A DNA stretch of 64,000 bases from Candidatus Obscuribacterales bacterium (GCA_965228855.1 CBDDIJ010000003.1:224001-288000), one strand, 5' to 3'. Shown: positions 1-11,089, counted from the first letter of the stretch. The notes: generated by a model from the sequence alone, not told the origin. A program made the numbers and translations.

Positions 1-186
1 ACTCTCCAGCGGTTGCAGCTTTGTCCTACGTTGTCCAAACTTGACCTAACGCAGTGTGATGAAATTTCCGCTCCCGTGTTGAAGAAAGCGCAACGTGACT
101 CGAAGGTGCGCATCACCTGTCCTATTCAAACTATGGAATCGCAAGGTTCGCTGAAGGACATTACCGAATTTATGGATAAACAATAG
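1..186 (+). CDS. 3' end of a leucine-rich-repeat protein (partial)
   Basis: Frame 1 is open from base 1 to TAG at 184-186 and reads TLQRLQLCPTLSKLDLTQCDEIS..., matching an LxxLDLxxCxxI LRR pattern. Confidence 0.55.
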   Translation, partial: TLQRLQLCPTLSKLDLTQCDEISAPVLKKAQRDSKVRITCPIQTMESQGSLKDITEFMDKQ

Positions 187-231
187 CGGCTGTGTCCACC
201 AGGTTAGTTACATGGTAGGTCAGGAGCGACG

Positions 232-1515
232 CTATTCTGGTGTGTGGAGCAATAACGTTAGAAACGCCGCCGCGAACATGGCGACGAATGAGAAACTAAC
301 TTTGAGTCCAAACCTTTGTGTGCCCGATGTGAAAGCTGTTGCGGTTTTAAATATAGCGTTCATCAACGTGGCTAATAGCATCGACGTAATTGCAAGACGA
401 TCGTCAACTTTCCCCCAGTGAAACAGATCGGCAACAGTAACTGCGATGGCGTCTACATCCATCATGCCGCCGATACAACTGGTCCATATCAAGCTGTGCG
501 TGCCGAATACAACGGTTGCTGCTTTGGTCAGAAAAATAATTACGGCCAACACCGCCCCGAATTTTAGCGCAGGCCCGAGCGTGAATGGGTTTCCTAATTC
601 GATTCTACCGGTGGAATCAAACTTCTTCTCCGATTTTGGTGGGCGAATCAATGCGGCGATTGCAAAACCGGTTCCTCCTGCTGCGATTAGCGGCCACGCC
701 GCCACCACAGCTAGTTTCGGTGCCACCACTGATAGAAATGCGAGAATTCTTGGAAATTGGACAGCGTTTGCCAGCACGGTAGCTTGCCAGTAAGCCGTTT
801 CTTGAGATGGATCGTCTTTTACGTCTCGCGAGAACGCCTGTGTGGTCGCGGTAGTTGATGCCAGACCGCCGAGAATTGCAGTCAGTTTTATTCCAATCGA
901 CTGTCCGAGAAATTTTTCGAAGAAGTAGCCGACGAATGATACGGAAGAAACCAGAATTACGAACATCCAGATTCTTTGAAAATTGAACGCATCGAACGGA
1001 CCCATATCTCCAGCGGGGAGCAATGGATAAATGATAAAAATCAGCGCGAGAAATCGCAGCGTGTCGCTGAATTCTACAGTTGTGATAGTCTCTCTGAAGA
1101 AGTGTTGTAGCTTGTCCTTTGCCTCCAGAAAGAGGGTCAGAATAATCGACAAGCCGATTGCGGTTGTTTGTCCGTGCTCGAAGTCGTCAGATGAGCCCGC
1201 GAATGATAAACAGAAAACGGCTAGAATCGCCAGATCCGTTGTGAAACCGGAGCCTTCCAGATTCTTTTCGCGGAAGCGAAACGTTGTCAGATAAACAAGA
1301 ATTGATACTACCGCTGATGCCGTCAGATAATTGTTTTCGAGCATGCCGCAAAGCGAGCCGATTATCGCAATAGTGACGAACTCGCGAACTCCTATGTGTC
1401 CCGACGGTTTTACAGCTTCACGCTGTGCGCCAACGAGAATTCCGATTAGGAGCGCCTCGATGATCGGTATCCAATGTAAGTGTACTGGGGGCATAGAGAA
1501 AACTATACCCCGCAC
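232..1515 (-). CDS. MgtC/SapB-family membrane protein with DUF4010 domain
   Basis: N-terminal ALLIGILVGAQRE...GVREF MgtC motif; GGLASTTATT and NPFTLGPALKFG motifs; many TM helices. Confidence 0.85.
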   Translation of the reverse strand: MRGIVFSMPPVHLHWIPIIEALLIGILVGAQREAVKPSGHIGVREFVTIAIIGSLCGMLENNYLTASAVVSILVYLTTFRFREKNLEGSGFTTDLAILAVFCLSFAGSSDDFEHGQTTAIGLSIILTLFLEAKDKLQHFFRETITTVEFSDTLRFLALIFIIYPLLPAGDMGPFDAFNFQRIWMFVILVSSVSFVGYFFEKFLGQSIGIKLTAILGGLASTTATTQAFSRDVKDDPSQETAYWQATVLANAVQFPRILAFLSVVAPKLAVVAAWPLIAAGGTGFAIAALIRPPKSEKKFDSTGRIELGNPFTLGPALKFGAVLAVIIFLTKAATVVFGTHSLIWTSCIGGMMDVDAIAVTVADLFHWGKVDDRLAITSMLLATLMNAIFKTATAFTSGTQRFGLKVSFSFVAMFAAAFLTLLLHTPE

Positions 1516-1562
1516 CAGTACATGGGAAACTGAGCGAGGTCGTCGTTGTGAGCAGCTTAGAT

Positions 1563-2450
1563 CTACTTCTTTGACTGCGAGCGGTTCTTCGCAGCCTTTT
1601 GCAAAATCAAAAGGCGTTGAACATATGCGTCCGTCGCTTTATCAGCATCATCATCGAGTGATAAACCGCGCGCGAGTTCTTCCAGATCTGCAGTCTTCGG
1701 AGTTACCTTGAACGGTCGCCCAACTACCGCATATGCTCCGTAGTTTTGTGTTCCGAAGTGATTGCGAAAGTACCTAAAACCGAGGCTCTGAATGAGCGAT
1801 TGAAAAATGGTTGACTGCGATTTGTCTTTCCGATAGTGCATGCCGATGGGAACGATCCAGATTGGTTCCTTGCGCTTCCGCGCAGCTAACTTCGCGATTG
1901 CCATTGTTCCTGACTTGAAGTCTTCTCTTCGTACTTCCTGGTCCGGCACCAACTGTCCCTGAGGGAAAATGACCATGCAGACGTTAGGACCACCGTTAGT
2001 CAACGCGGAAATCGCGGCTTTGAACGCTTTCGATCTGCCTTCCTGTGATTCCTCGTCGACTGCGATTGCGCCAGTGAGCGTGCCAAGCCAGCCACGCACG
2101 CCCTCGACTTCTGTAGTGCGAATCATGTAGTACATAGGTTTGACGCCCAGGAGAGCCGAAACGATCGATCCATCACCGGCATCGATGTGAAAAGGCGCAA
2201 TGATCGTAGGTCCCTTCCGCGGAAGTCTGTGTTTTCCGAGAATTTTGATTGGTCCCACTTCCAAAAAGCCAAGGATGATGCAGAGGAAACGCATGAAGAG
2301 CGCTGTCAAAAAATATGGTGCCGGAGGCACGTAGCCACCTTGTTGTACCTTCACCACATGCGGTGCCCAGTATTCGAAGCGCGACTTGATGAGCTGAACG
2401 GAAACCAAAATTAAGAACGCTAGCAGAATTGTCGCTGTAGTCGGATTCAC
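1563..2450 (-). CDS. PlsC-like lysophospholipid acyltransferase
   Basis: HxxxxD (HIDAGD), IFPQG and FKSG blocks; N-terminal TM anchor. Confidence 0.8.
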   Translation of the reverse strand: MNPTTATILLAFLILVSVQLIKSRFEYWAPHVVKVQQGGYVPPAPYFLTALFMRFLCIILGFLEVGPIKILGKHRLPRKGPTIIAPFHIDAGDGSIVSALLGVKPMYYMIRTTEVEGVRGWLGTLTGAIAVDEESQEGRSKAFKAAISALTNGGPNVCMVIFPQGQLVPDQEVRREDFKSGTMAIAKLAARKRKEPIWIVPIGMHYRKDKSQSTIFQSLIQSLGFRYFRNHFGTQNYGAYAVVGRPFKVTPKTADLEELARGLSLDDDADKATDAYVQRLLILQKAAKNRSQSKK

Positions 2451-3178
2451 GGTGTGACCCCTTCAATAACACAGGCTAAAGCGTCATGGTCAAGTGGGTT
2501 CGCAAGTGCTGTCTCGAATTTTCGGAGAAATTCTCTATCGTTTTCCTCTAGCCATTTGAAACTTGCTTTTGAGCCACAATACCACTTTCCCCGCAGCTCG
2601 AAATAATATTCGAGGGCGGAATGAAGTAGCCAGAGCGATCGATACCGACCTTCTAAATCGTTCTTGCGAACTCTGCCAAGGGTTTTCTTCATCCAGACCT
2701 GGCGTTTTTGTTTCTCCCAGTCGGGGAGCCGTGATGGTCCGCGAAGAAACAGTTTTTCTACGTTTTCTAAGCAGCGCTCGCCTAGATCTTCTTTCTGAAT
2801 CAAGATTCTGGAGTTTCGCAAGCGCAACAGCGATTCGTCCGGTTGTAACGCCAGGGAAACCGGATAAATCCAGGCGTCGAGCAGAGCACCGCCTGTCTTG
2901 TCAGTGACTGAAACTTCTGGAGCGCGGCTTGTCTTGTCGGTGATAGAGACTTCGCCGGCGCTATTGATTTCATTCGCGGTTAGAACTACGCAGTCGCAAA
3001 TCGCCGTTTCCTCATCACGAAAACCGCAGATATCGAAGTCGCTGTTAGGTTCAAAGTTGTCTGTAGCACGCGAGCCGTACAAAAAGACGGTGTGGCATCC
3101 GTGTTTTTCAACCATGCGCTTCACAATCGCGTTCAACAGTCTCTTAGTGTGGCTCTCGTTTGTAACCACTTGATTCAC
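2447..3178 (-). CDS. Pol-beta-superfamily nucleotidyltransferase domain protein
   Basis: LYGSRA...SDFDI motif; probable GTG start overlapping the panE stop (the ORF track extends to 3292). Confidence 0.8.
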   Translation of the reverse strand: MNQVVTNESHTKRLLNAIVKRMVEKHGCHTVFLYGSRATDNFEPNSDFDICGFRDEETAICDCVVLTANEINSAGEVSITDKTSRAPEVSVTDKTGGALLDAWIYPVSLALQPDESLLRLRNSRILIQKEDLGERCLENVEKLFLRGPSRLPDWEKQKRQVWMKKTLGRVRKNDLEGRYRSLWLLHSALEYYFELRGKWYCGSKASFKWLEENDREFLRKFETALANPLDHDALACVIEGVTP

Positions 3179-4110
3179 CGCCCGTTTTTGGCACCGTCGA
3201 TAAATGGCATCAGCAGATCTACGAGAACGCGATTTACCGGCGTCGGTACGTTGAGCTCTCTTCCAAGGTCGACAACCGTACCACTCAACCATGGCAACTC
3301 AAGCCTGTTTCCGTGTTGCAAGTCATGTTGCATGGAAGAGGTGACGTCTGGTGATAACCCGTCCCAATATGCGAGGCGCCTGTCTATAAGACCGTCGTCG
3401 AGGACGATGCCTCGCGCCTTCGCCACGGCGATTGCTTCAGTCATCACGTCCACTAGCAGACGTCGGGTGCTTTCATGAGAACGAACCGGTCCGATGGTTT
3501 GCCTGGTTGCCGCAGTGACTGCGCTCATTGCCACCAGAAACACAAACTTTTCCCAGATTGCCTTCTCGATATTATCTGGAATTTCGGCATCGACGCCACC
3601 CCTGATGCAAGCGTCTTGCAGTTCTTTTAAGCGGGGAGACTCGGGTTTGCTACCATATTCTCCAAATACCAGCTTTTGCACTACACCTTTCTGTGTCACC
3701 ACGCCCGGTGCCGATATGGTGGCTGCAACATAGCTTACGCCGCCAACAACCTTCTCATTTCCAAAATGTTTGCGAAGCACATCATCTTTGAGGATTCCGT
3801 TTTGCAAGGAAATGATCGCGGTCGATTCGCCTACTAGTGGCTCAATTTGCTTTGCCGCCGATTCGGTGTCCCAGAGTTTTACACAGAACAAAACAATATC
3901 TACAGGACCGATCTCTTTGGGGTCATCGCTGGCCTTACAAGGTTGAATTAGACTGTCTTTGACTTCTTCGCTGACGATCTTCAAACCGTTTTGTCGTATG
4001 GCGGCTAGATGCGCGCCTCTTGCAATGAAGCTCACGTCGCAACCGGCGTCAGCCAGCCGGGCACCGAATACGCCACCAACGCCACCTGTACCCATCACCG
4101 CAATCTTCAT
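3175..4110 (-). CDS. panE: 2-dehydropantoate 2-reductase
   Basis: MKIAVMGTGGVGG Rossmann fold; LQNG, WEKF and SSMQHDL...RLE motifs. Confidence 0.9.
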   Translation of the reverse strand: MKIAVMGTGGVGGVFGARLADAGCDVSFIARGAHLAAIRQNGLKIVSEEVKDSLIQPCKASDDPKEIGPVDIVLFCVKLWDTESAAKQIEPLVGESTAIISLQNGILKDDVLRKHFGNEKVVGGVSYVAATISAPGVVTQKGVVQKLVFGEYGSKPESPRLKELQDACIRGGVDAEIPDNIEKAIWEKFVFLVAMSAVTAATRQTIGPVRSHESTRRLLVDVMTEAIAVAKARGIVLDDGLIDRRLAYWDGLSPDVTSSMQHDLQHGNRLELPWLSGTVVDLGRELNVPTPVNRVLVDLLMPFIDGAKNGR

Positions 4111-4120
4111 AGTTGCTCCG

Positions 4121-5185
4121 TTAATTGAAATCGATAAAGCCTTTGACTTTGAGCCAAGCCAGCAGTCCGAACGAAACTCCGAACATCGACGTTAAGCAGG
4201 CGTAGTATCCGAGAGGAAGAGTTACTTCTGGAATCTGGAAGTTCATCCCGTAGATACCGGCTATGAGTGTTGGTGGCAAAAATAATGTTGCGATGATCGT
4301 CAGGATTTTTGTGGTTTCGTTCGTTCGCAAACCGATTCCGGAAACATACACATCCATGATGTCGTAAGACATATCTCGATAGGTCTCAAACAGCCGCAAT
4401 ACTGATGACGCTTCATCATGGCAGTAGGACATTTCGAGCTTTCCTTCGTCCGAGATACTCGGATTTTTGCAGCGCGAGAGTACGTGCGTGATTGTATCGA
4501 TCGGCCATACGGCCTTCAGGAAAATCCATACCATCTGTTGTGCGCGGTTAATTAGATCGAGTTCCACCTTCCCAGGTGATTTGATAATTCGCGTTTGCAG
4601 CTTTTCAAGCTTGGCACCGCCAATGGTGAGGACGTCGTAGTAGCTTCGAATTATGCTGGCCAGCAAATCGGCTGCAAGTCGATCCGCTCCAAAACCAACT
4701 ATCCGGTCTCCCTGAGCGAAAAGATTGTGAACCACATTGCCGAAACAATCGTCGTGACTGAATTGTCGAGTAATCAAAATTCCGGGACCGAGATAGAAGT
4801 TAACCGACTCCAGACCATCAAGCTGATCCGAGACAAATGGTTTTTGCACCGTCCAGAAGATTGCATCCTGCACCTCTTCAACGAATGACCGCGGGTGAGG
4901 ATTCTTCATGTACTTCATGTGCTCATCGGACATATCGGCAAGTGCAGAGATCTCTTTCCAGAATTCGTCACTATGCAGACCCGATAAGTGGATCCACACG
5001 CAAGTCTCGTCTTTCGTCATCGCCTTCAGCGTTTCAAAATCTTGAAATCCGAATTTGTTTAAACCGAATGAGCCGACGCTGTGAATCTGTACGCGAGGCT
5101 CAACCTGGTCCGGGAGGTTCGCTACCATCTCGAACGAGTCCATGCAGAATGTCATTCTTCCGTGGTTGAAGCTCAGTTGTTGCAT
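4121..5185 (-). CDS. corA: CorA-family Mg2+/Co2+ transporter
   Basis: C-terminal PPTLIAGIYGMNF (GMN motif) with two TM helices. Confidence 0.9.
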   Translation of the reverse strand: MQQLSFNHGRMTFCMDSFEMVANLPDQVEPRVQIHSVGSFGLNKFGFQDFETLKAMTKDETCVWIHLSGLHSDEFWKEISALADMSDEHMKYMKNPHPRSFVEEVQDAIFWTVQKPFVSDQLDGLESVNFYLGPGILITRQFSHDDCFGNVVHNLFAQGDRIVGFGADRLAADLLASIIRSYYDVLTIGGAKLEKLQTRIIKSPGKVELDLINRAQQMVWIFLKAVWPIDTITHVLSRCKNPSISDEGKLEMSYCHDEASSVLRLFETYRDMSYDIMDVYVSGIGLRTNETTKILTIIATLFLPPTLIAGIYGMNFQIPEVTLPLGYYACLTSMFGVSFGLLAWLKVKGFIDFN

Positions 5186-5254
5186 CAGGCGACTCCCATT
5201 GTTTATTCAGAAATGATGATAGCAAGCCGGACGCGACTGTCCCAGTATAAATGT

Positions 5255-6640
5255 TTAAGGCGTTTTAACCAGCACAGAATCTGTTGTGTTGCCAATCTCC
5301 ACGTCCGGCAGCTTTTCGAAGTTTCGAAGAATCGAGTAGACAATCAGGGTCGTGACCCAGGCTTGCAGGGATGATACGCCAAATTGCCACTGCTCGTTTA
5401 AAATCCCAGCCGTCACGATTCCGACGGCACCGCCGACGATGAAAGACACGAGCGCTGACCAGCGCACCGCAGGTAGTTCCGAAAATGATGGCACTCTGGA
5501 GAAAAATGGTGCCTTTTTGCTTCTTATTGCTGCAAACCATTCGACGCATGCGATGACCGTCGCGCACGGGAGGACGTTTGATGAGACCGCGCAAACGGTT
5601 TCCAGCGACTTGGGATCTTTTGCCAGCAGAGCCGCTGCCAATGCGCCAAGAGCAGTCAGGAATAGGGTGAGTTTCTTGCGCGAAAACTTCTTCAGGTTCG
5701 CTACGCCGTTGATAGATGCGTATAGATTGGCGTCGTTCAAACCCCAGTATGTGACTACTAGCACAACCGCCGCTAGAATCGCCACGCCTTCCATTCCACC
5801 AAATGCGTAGCGCGTCGCAAGCCCGCTTGCTGCCTCGAAATCCGTGACACCTGTCTCACGGGCGAGCATCCATCCGGTCACCGGAAAGATAATTTGCCCG
5901 ATGGCGACTGACACCACAAGCGGTGCGATTGTGTAGAGCAGTTTAGGTTTCGCATAACGCCAATAATCAGCTTCATTTCCCCAGGCGCAGTTGCCGATAA
6001 TCAGGATTGAAACAATTGATAGCGAGTGTGAGAAGCTGACGGTGTCAGGCACTGAGAAGACTGATGCCGGCGTGGCGGCAGCCGCTTTGAAAAATGTCAG
6101 ACCAATCCATCCAATCAAAACTGGTGCCGCGAGATAACCGGCAAAATTCGCTACGCCCGAGAAACCAAAGAGGTTGTTTACGGACATAACAATGGCGAGA
6201 ATAACTGAGAGCCACGCCGTATCTAGTGGAATTGCGAAGCAGCCTTTTAAGCCGTTGGCGAGTAAAACCGCTGCCAGCCCGTACCACGCGAGCGAGATCC
6301 ATGAGACATTGATCGAGACGAACAGAGAGCCCAGCCTACCGAAAAGCATTCGACTCATGAGCGCGTATGTTTGACCGCTGACGGTGCCGATGTGACAGGC
6401 GGGGATGCAATACGCCATTAAAATCACGAGGCTGATGACGGAGCAGAGAAGAACTTGTGAGAGCGTGAGTCCGTACTGATACCATGCGAAGCCTGCAAGC
6501 ACCGATGGAAATCCTGTAACCATCGTTATCCACAACAGCCCAAGAGTAATCGGCCCGCGGCGCTCCGACAGCGGTACCACCTCTGTTGTGTGGTCGTCCG
6601 TGTTGATTGCGTCGCTGAGTGCGTTGTGGTGTAAATCCAT
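5255..6640 (-). CDS. NCS1 cytosine/purine permease family protein
   Basis: VPLSERRG N-terminal motif, ADYWRYAK, NDANLY; about 12 TM helices (CodB-like). Confidence 0.8.
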   Translation of the reverse strand: MDLHHNALSDAINTDDHTTEVVPLSERRGPITLGLLWITMVTGFPSVLAGFAWYQYGLTLSQVLLCSVISLVILMAYCIPACHIGTVSGQTYALMSRMLFGRLGSLFVSINVSWISLAWYGLAAVLLANGLKGCFAIPLDTAWLSVILAIVMSVNNLFGFSGVANFAGYLAAPVLIGWIGLTFFKAAAATPASVFSVPDTVSFSHSLSIVSILIIGNCAWGNEADYWRYAKPKLLYTIAPLVVSVAIGQIIFPVTGWMLARETGVTDFEAASGLATRYAFGGMEGVAILAAVVLVVTYWGLNDANLYASINGVANLKKFSRKKLTLFLTALGALAAALLAKDPKSLETVCAVSSNVLPCATVIACVEWFAAIRSKKAPFFSRVPSFSELPAVRWSALVSFIVGGAVGIVTAGILNEQWQFGVSSLQAWVTTLIVYSILRNFEKLPDVEIGNTTDSVLVKTP

Positions 6641-7581
6641 TATTTTGACTCCGCTGCATCTTCCGGTGGGAATTTCCCGGTCTTTCCAGGTTCGACATCG
6701 ATGACTGCCACTTCAGGTGGTGTCAGGAATCGAACCGGCAATCCGGTCATTCCTATTCCGCTTGAAACATTCATATGTGTGGTGCCTACAACGTAGTGAC
6801 CGTATTCAAACTGTTTTCCAAGCGACGATGCCGTCACGAGAGCGCCATATAAAGGAAGGCGAATTTGTCCGCCATGCGTGTGACCGCAGAGAAAGAGATC
6901 CATGTGGTGCGCGGATGCGGCGCGGATACCATCCGGATAGTGGTAAAGGAAAATTTTGTACGCATCATCCGGTGCCTCCGACATGATGTCTGCAAGAAAA
7001 CCTTCACTGTCGATTGCCGCTCCGCCTAGCCAGATTTTGTTTCCCTTGATATCAAGCTGCGTAGAGGCGCTATCAAGGTTCGTGACTCCGGTGTTCTGAA
7101 AGGTCTCGATTTTTCTTTTGCTACGCGAATCATGGTTGCCATACACGCCGAAAGTTGGAGCGATTTCGGAAATCTCCGACATGCACGCCTGGAAATCCTT
7201 CTGGCCACGCAAGTTGTTTGCCGCGTCGCCGGTAAAGAGAATCAAGTCTGGGTGCAACTCGCGGACAACGCCAGGCAGTTTTTTCTCCGTGCGCACTGTG
7301 CCGTCGCAGTGCAAATCGGTGAGATGAACTATGCGAATTGGCGATTTGAGTTTCGCCGAAGAGATGGTAAGGGGAGTTGTGATTAGTTGAAGGGGCTCGA
7401 AAATACCGTAAATGACGCAGCCGATGCCAAACGCACCAATCAACAAGACCGTCACTTGAAGCGGCGTGGGCTTGAACGACCCGCGCTGTTTCCACATCAA
7501 AACAAGAGTGCGCACAAAGTACAAGAAGACTGTGCACACTACTCCGACGAACGCTAAAACAATGACAGGTTCCGAATCCAA
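6640..7581 (-). CDS. Membrane-anchored metallophosphoesterase (YkuE/YaeI-like)
   Basis: DLH, GD, GNHD and GHTHGGQI calcineurin-like motifs. Confidence 0.9.
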   Translation of the reverse strand: MDSEPVIVLAFVGVVCTVFLYFVRTLVLMWKQRGSFKPTPLQVTVLLIGAFGIGCVIYGIFEPLQLITTPLTISSAKLKSPIRIVHLTDLHCDGTVRTEKKLPGVVRELHPDLILFTGDAANNLRGQKDFQACMSEISEIAPTFGVYGNHDSRSKRKIETFQNTGVTNLDSASTQLDIKGNKIWLGGAAIDSEGFLADIMSEAPDDAYKIFLYHYPDGIRAASAHHMDLFLCGHTHGGQIRLPLYGALVTASSLGKQFEYGHYVVGTTHMNVSSGIGMTGLPVRFLTPPEVAVIDVEPGKTGKFPPEDAAESK

Positions 7582-7702
7582 AGGAACTCCGCTGATTTCT
7601 CTTCTACTCCCAGATGGAAGTCATATTTTAGCGCGGCTGTTTCGCCGCGGCTGTCTAAACCGTTAGCTAGCTCGCGAATTTTGGACGAACAAAATTCTGG
7701 AC

Positions 7703-7739
7703 AAACAAAAACGCATGGTTGGTTGCCCTTCCATGCGTT
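7703..7739 (-). terminator. Intrinsic terminator of the RRM gene
   Basis: AACGCATGG/CCATGCGTT stem followed on the minus strand by a T-rich tract. Confidence 0.65.
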
Positions 7740-7765
7740 CTCTCAAATCTAGCGCTGGCTACAGA

Positions 7766-8050
7766 TTAATATCTGCGACCGCCGCCACCGCCGCCGCCTT
7801 TCGCTTTTGGTTGCGAGATGCTTACAGCAAGTGCACGACCTTCAACTTCTTTACCGTTGAGGCCCTTGATTGCAGCTTCAGCTTCGGCCTGTGTCGACAT
7901 TTCGATAAACGCGAATCCGCGTTTTCTTCCTGTGTCCCGGTCTGTTGGAATCGAGCAGGAAACTACAGTTCCATGCTCCCCGAACAGTTCCTCAAGGTCC
8001 GTTTCATTGAGTTTAAAAGAGAGGTTTCCAACAAACAGTTTGTTATTCAT
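7766..8050 (-). CDS. rbp: RRM RNA-binding protein with Gly-rich tail (cyanobacterial Rbp type)
   Basis: RNP2 LFVGNL, RNP1 RGFAFIEM, GGGGGGGRRY tail. Confidence 0.92.
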   Translation of the reverse strand: MNNKLFVGNLSFKLNETDLEELFGEHGTVVSCSIPTDRDTGRKRGFAFIEMSTQAEAEAAIKGLNGKEVEGRALAVSISQPKAKGGGGGGGRRY

Positions 8051-8416
8051 TACCAGTTACCAAAAATAGGACAAATTACTGGGCGATCATCGCACATCGG
8101 AGGGACTTTTGGGTGATTTGGCCGGTGTATTTTTTGACTGTTTTCTAATCTTTCAGGCTTAAAGGTCCGGAAAGTGCCATTTAGTAAGGGTTTTTGACTA
8201 TTTGCCAGACATGAACTGTTTTACACACTTCTCAAAACTTGCACCTCTTGACAGCTTTAGCGAAAGAATACGAACGGTCGGTCTAGTGGCGCGAAAGTTA
8301 AAATGTGCTCGCGCTAATCATTCCTGCCATTAGCGTCCTTTCGATTGAGTATCATATAAACCGCAACTGAGTTCGGCGCTGAAACGCCCTTGATAGCCCA
8401 TTCGGCGGAAAAACAT

Positions 8417-9997
8417 ATGAATAGAACGCATATGCTCGAAAAGGTCTCCAGGCACGAGAAGCCCTGGGACATGCTCATTATCGGCGGCGGCGCCACCGGT
8501 GTCGGTATCGCGGTCGATGCTGCCTCCCGCGGCTACGATGTTTTGCTGCTTGAGCAGAGCGATTTCGGCAAGGGCACGTCGAGCCGCAGCACCAAGCTGG
8601 TGCACGGCGGTGTTCGATATTTAGAGCAAGGCAACATCTCGCTTGTGATGGAGGCGCTCAAAGAGCGCGGCTTGCTCCGGCAAAACGCACCGCATCTGGT
8701 TCACGACCTGGCATTCATCGTCCCGAACTATGACTGGTGGGAAGCTCCATTTTATGGAATGGGGCTCAAGGTCTACGATATGCTTGCCGGCAAGTTCGGT
8801 TTCGGCCAATCTAAGCTTTTAAACAGAAACGAGATTCTGGAAGAGATTCCAACTCTGAAGACTGATGGTCTGCGCGGTGGCGTGGTCTATTACGATGGTC
8901 AATTCGATGATTCTCGGCTGCTCATCAACCTCGCCGCCACTGCCGCCGAATACGGTGCGAAGTTGCTGAACTACGCGCAGGTGACCGCGCTGACCCGAGA
9001 CGGCGATGGATACGTGACCGGTGCTGTGGCGACCGACCTCGAAACGGGGCATGAACTCAAACTCTCCGCGAGAGTCGTCATCAACGCGACGGGCGCCTTC
9101 ACCGACAATGTCAGGCGCATGGCTGACCAGAACGTTCAGCCGATGATTTCGCCAAGTCAAGGTATCCATCTAGTTTTCGATAAGTCGATTATGCCTGGTG
9201 ACAGCGCAATCATGGTGCCGCATACGAGCGATGGGCGCGTGATGTTTGCGATTCCGTGGCACGACCATGTCGTGGTGGGAACGACCGATACGCCCATTGA
9301 AAGCGCGAGTTTGGACCCGGTGCCTTTCGAGCAAGAGATCGAATTCATATTGGAAACCGCCGGCGAGTACCTCAATAACCCGCCAAGCCGCGAGGATGTT
9401 TTGAGCGTTTTCGTTGGTATCAGACCACTGGTCAAAGGTGGTGCCGGCACTACCGCTGCGCTTTCGCGCGACCACGTGATCCATATCGACAACTCCGGGT
9501 TGCTCACCATAAGCGGTGGCAAATGGACAACATACAGGCACATGGCAGAGGATTGCGTCGACCATGCCGTCACGCTCGCCAGATTGGACGATAAACCGTG
9601 CATCACGCGAAACCTGAGAATTCATGGGTATCACGAGAATCCTGATTTGCTTGGAGACCTGGCGGTTTATGGCTCAGACGCGCTTGAGATTCAAGAAATA
9701 GCCCATGATGACAAGTCGCTTGCCGAAAGGTTGCACCCGGCGCTTCCATATATAGGTGCGGAGGTTGTTTATGCTGTTCGCCAGGAAATGGCGCGAACGG
9801 TCGACGATTTCCTGTCGCGCCGCGTGCGGGCGCTGTTTTTAAACGCCGAGGCGTCAGTTGCCATGGCGCCGACAGTGGCGAAACTCATGGCGGCGGAACT
9901 GAAGCGCGACGACGCCTGGGTGGATGATCAGGTCGCTGAGTTCAAACAGCTCGCCGCGAAGTATTCAATTACGAGCGCGTTGACCACCAAGATATAG
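8417..9997 (+). CDS. glpD: FAD-dependent glycerol-3-phosphate dehydrogenase/oxidase
   Basis: IIGGGATG, GTSSRSTKLVHGGVRYL and GGKWTTYR motifs. Confidence 0.93.
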   Translation: MNRTHMLEKVSRHEKPWDMLIIGGGATGVGIAVDAASRGYDVLLLEQSDFGKGTSSRSTKLVHGGVRYLEQGNISLVMEALKERGLLRQNAPHLVHDLAFIVPNYDWWEAPFYGMGLKVYDMLAGKFGFGQSKLLNRNEILEEIPTLKTDGLRGGVVYYDGQFDDSRLLINLAATAAEYGAKLLNYAQVTALTRDGDGYVTGAVATDLETGHELKLSARVVINATGAFTDNVRRMADQNVQPMISPSQGIHLVFDKSIMPGDSAIMVPHTSDGRVMFAIPWHDHVVVGTTDTPIESASLDPVPFEQEIEFILETAGEYLNNPPSREDVLSVFVGIRPLVKGGAGTTAALSRDHVIHIDNSGLLTISGGKWTTYRHMAEDCVDHAVTLARLDDKPCITRNLRIHGYHENPDLLGDLAVYGSDALEIQEIAHDDKSLAERLHPALPYIGAEVVYAVRQEMARTVDDFLSRRVRALFLNAEASVAMAPTVAKLMAAELKRDDAWVDDQVAEFKQLAAKYSITSALTTKI

Positions 9998-10073
9998 ACG
10001 TGGTTTTGGTTGGATCTCTTGGAATCAAGCTGCGCGGGCTCTGTAACTTTCCATTATCAAGCGGTTGACCGGG

Positions 10074-10102
10074 GTGCAATATCGCCCGAGATTCCATATA
10101 AT
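10074..10102 (+). promoter_or_regulatory. sigma70-like promoter of tRNA-Thr
   Basis: GTGCAA-N17-TATAAT ending 11 nt upstream of the tRNA. Confidence 0.55.
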
Positions 10103-10113
10103 AGGAAACCCTT

Positions 10114-10185
<72 letters not shown>

Positions 10186-10254
10186 TCTGTTTTTCAATTC
10201 ACCGATGTCTTTAGCTATTTAGAGGCGTTATGGTTTGCGCATAACGAAGTGCTC

Positions 10255-10510
10255 TTAGACATCGAGCGCTTCATCGAAACCGCACTGCTCATAGCGCTCG
10301 ATGATTTTGTATCCGGTCTTTCGTGAAATACCAAATTCACGACACAGCGAACTCATGTCCTCACCATCTTTGTGGCGAATAACGAAACGTATTCTCTCGT
10401 CCAAAACAGAACTCTCCTTCCACGGCATCCACCTCGGTCCTCGTTAAGAAAACGCAAAAGTGTAACCTATGTCTCCTGAACGATCTGTTACCTATGTCTC
10501 GGGCCACTCA
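10255..10510 (-). mobile_element. IS481-family remnant (one end plus truncated transposase)
   Basis: 10428..10255 (-) reads MPWKESSVLDERIRFV...CREFGISRKTGYKIIERY, a typical IS481 N-terminal HTH, then a stop; subterminal repeats TGT(A/T)ACCTATGTCTC at 10461-10475 and 10486-10500. Confidence 0.85.
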
Positions 10511-10836
10511 AGCATCGCACTTTCTTTGTGGGCCCCTTTTGGGCCCCTCTTGAGGAACGCGACGTGCTGATTAAATTTATTGTGGAAAGCGGGTCGGTAA
10601 TCAGGGGGACTGCGTTCGCTTCGACTTTGCTAAGCGACTATGAATGTTTTCCGACCGAATTAGTTTGCTCTACAAATGTTCCGCTGGTACCACCTGTGGT
10701 GTGGCTTGGTGCTCCGCTTGAAATTTGGTAACAGTCAAACAACAAGGTGGGACTTTGGTATCACTTTTATTGCTTGCATTTCGGTTCGAACAGGACAAAG
10801 AATGTCGGCACAAGACCGGAATGCTAGTTCCATTCA

Positions 10837-10885
<49 letters not shown>

Positions 10886-11052
10886 GACACTGAACGCAAC
10901 ACTGTCTGCAAAATCTTCGCGACACCAATAACGGTGGCATTGACTCGGATTAACTTATAAATTGGACGCGCGCTGATTGAAAATTTCAACGGTCTCAGCG
11001 CGCGTAATTGTAACTCAGGATACCTGTATCAGACTCAACGGATTTTGCTCCG

Positions 11053-11089
11053 GTAGTAGTGTAGTAGTAGTAGTAGTAGTAGTAGTAGT
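11053..11089. repeat. Microsatellite (GTA)2-GT-(GTA)9-GT
   Basis: Trinucleotide repeat read directly. Confidence 0.95.

Noticed and set aside
2447..3178. MNT-HEPN toxin-antitoxin system
   Set aside because: No adjacent HEPN partner; the gene sits within a housekeeping run between panE and the acyltransferase
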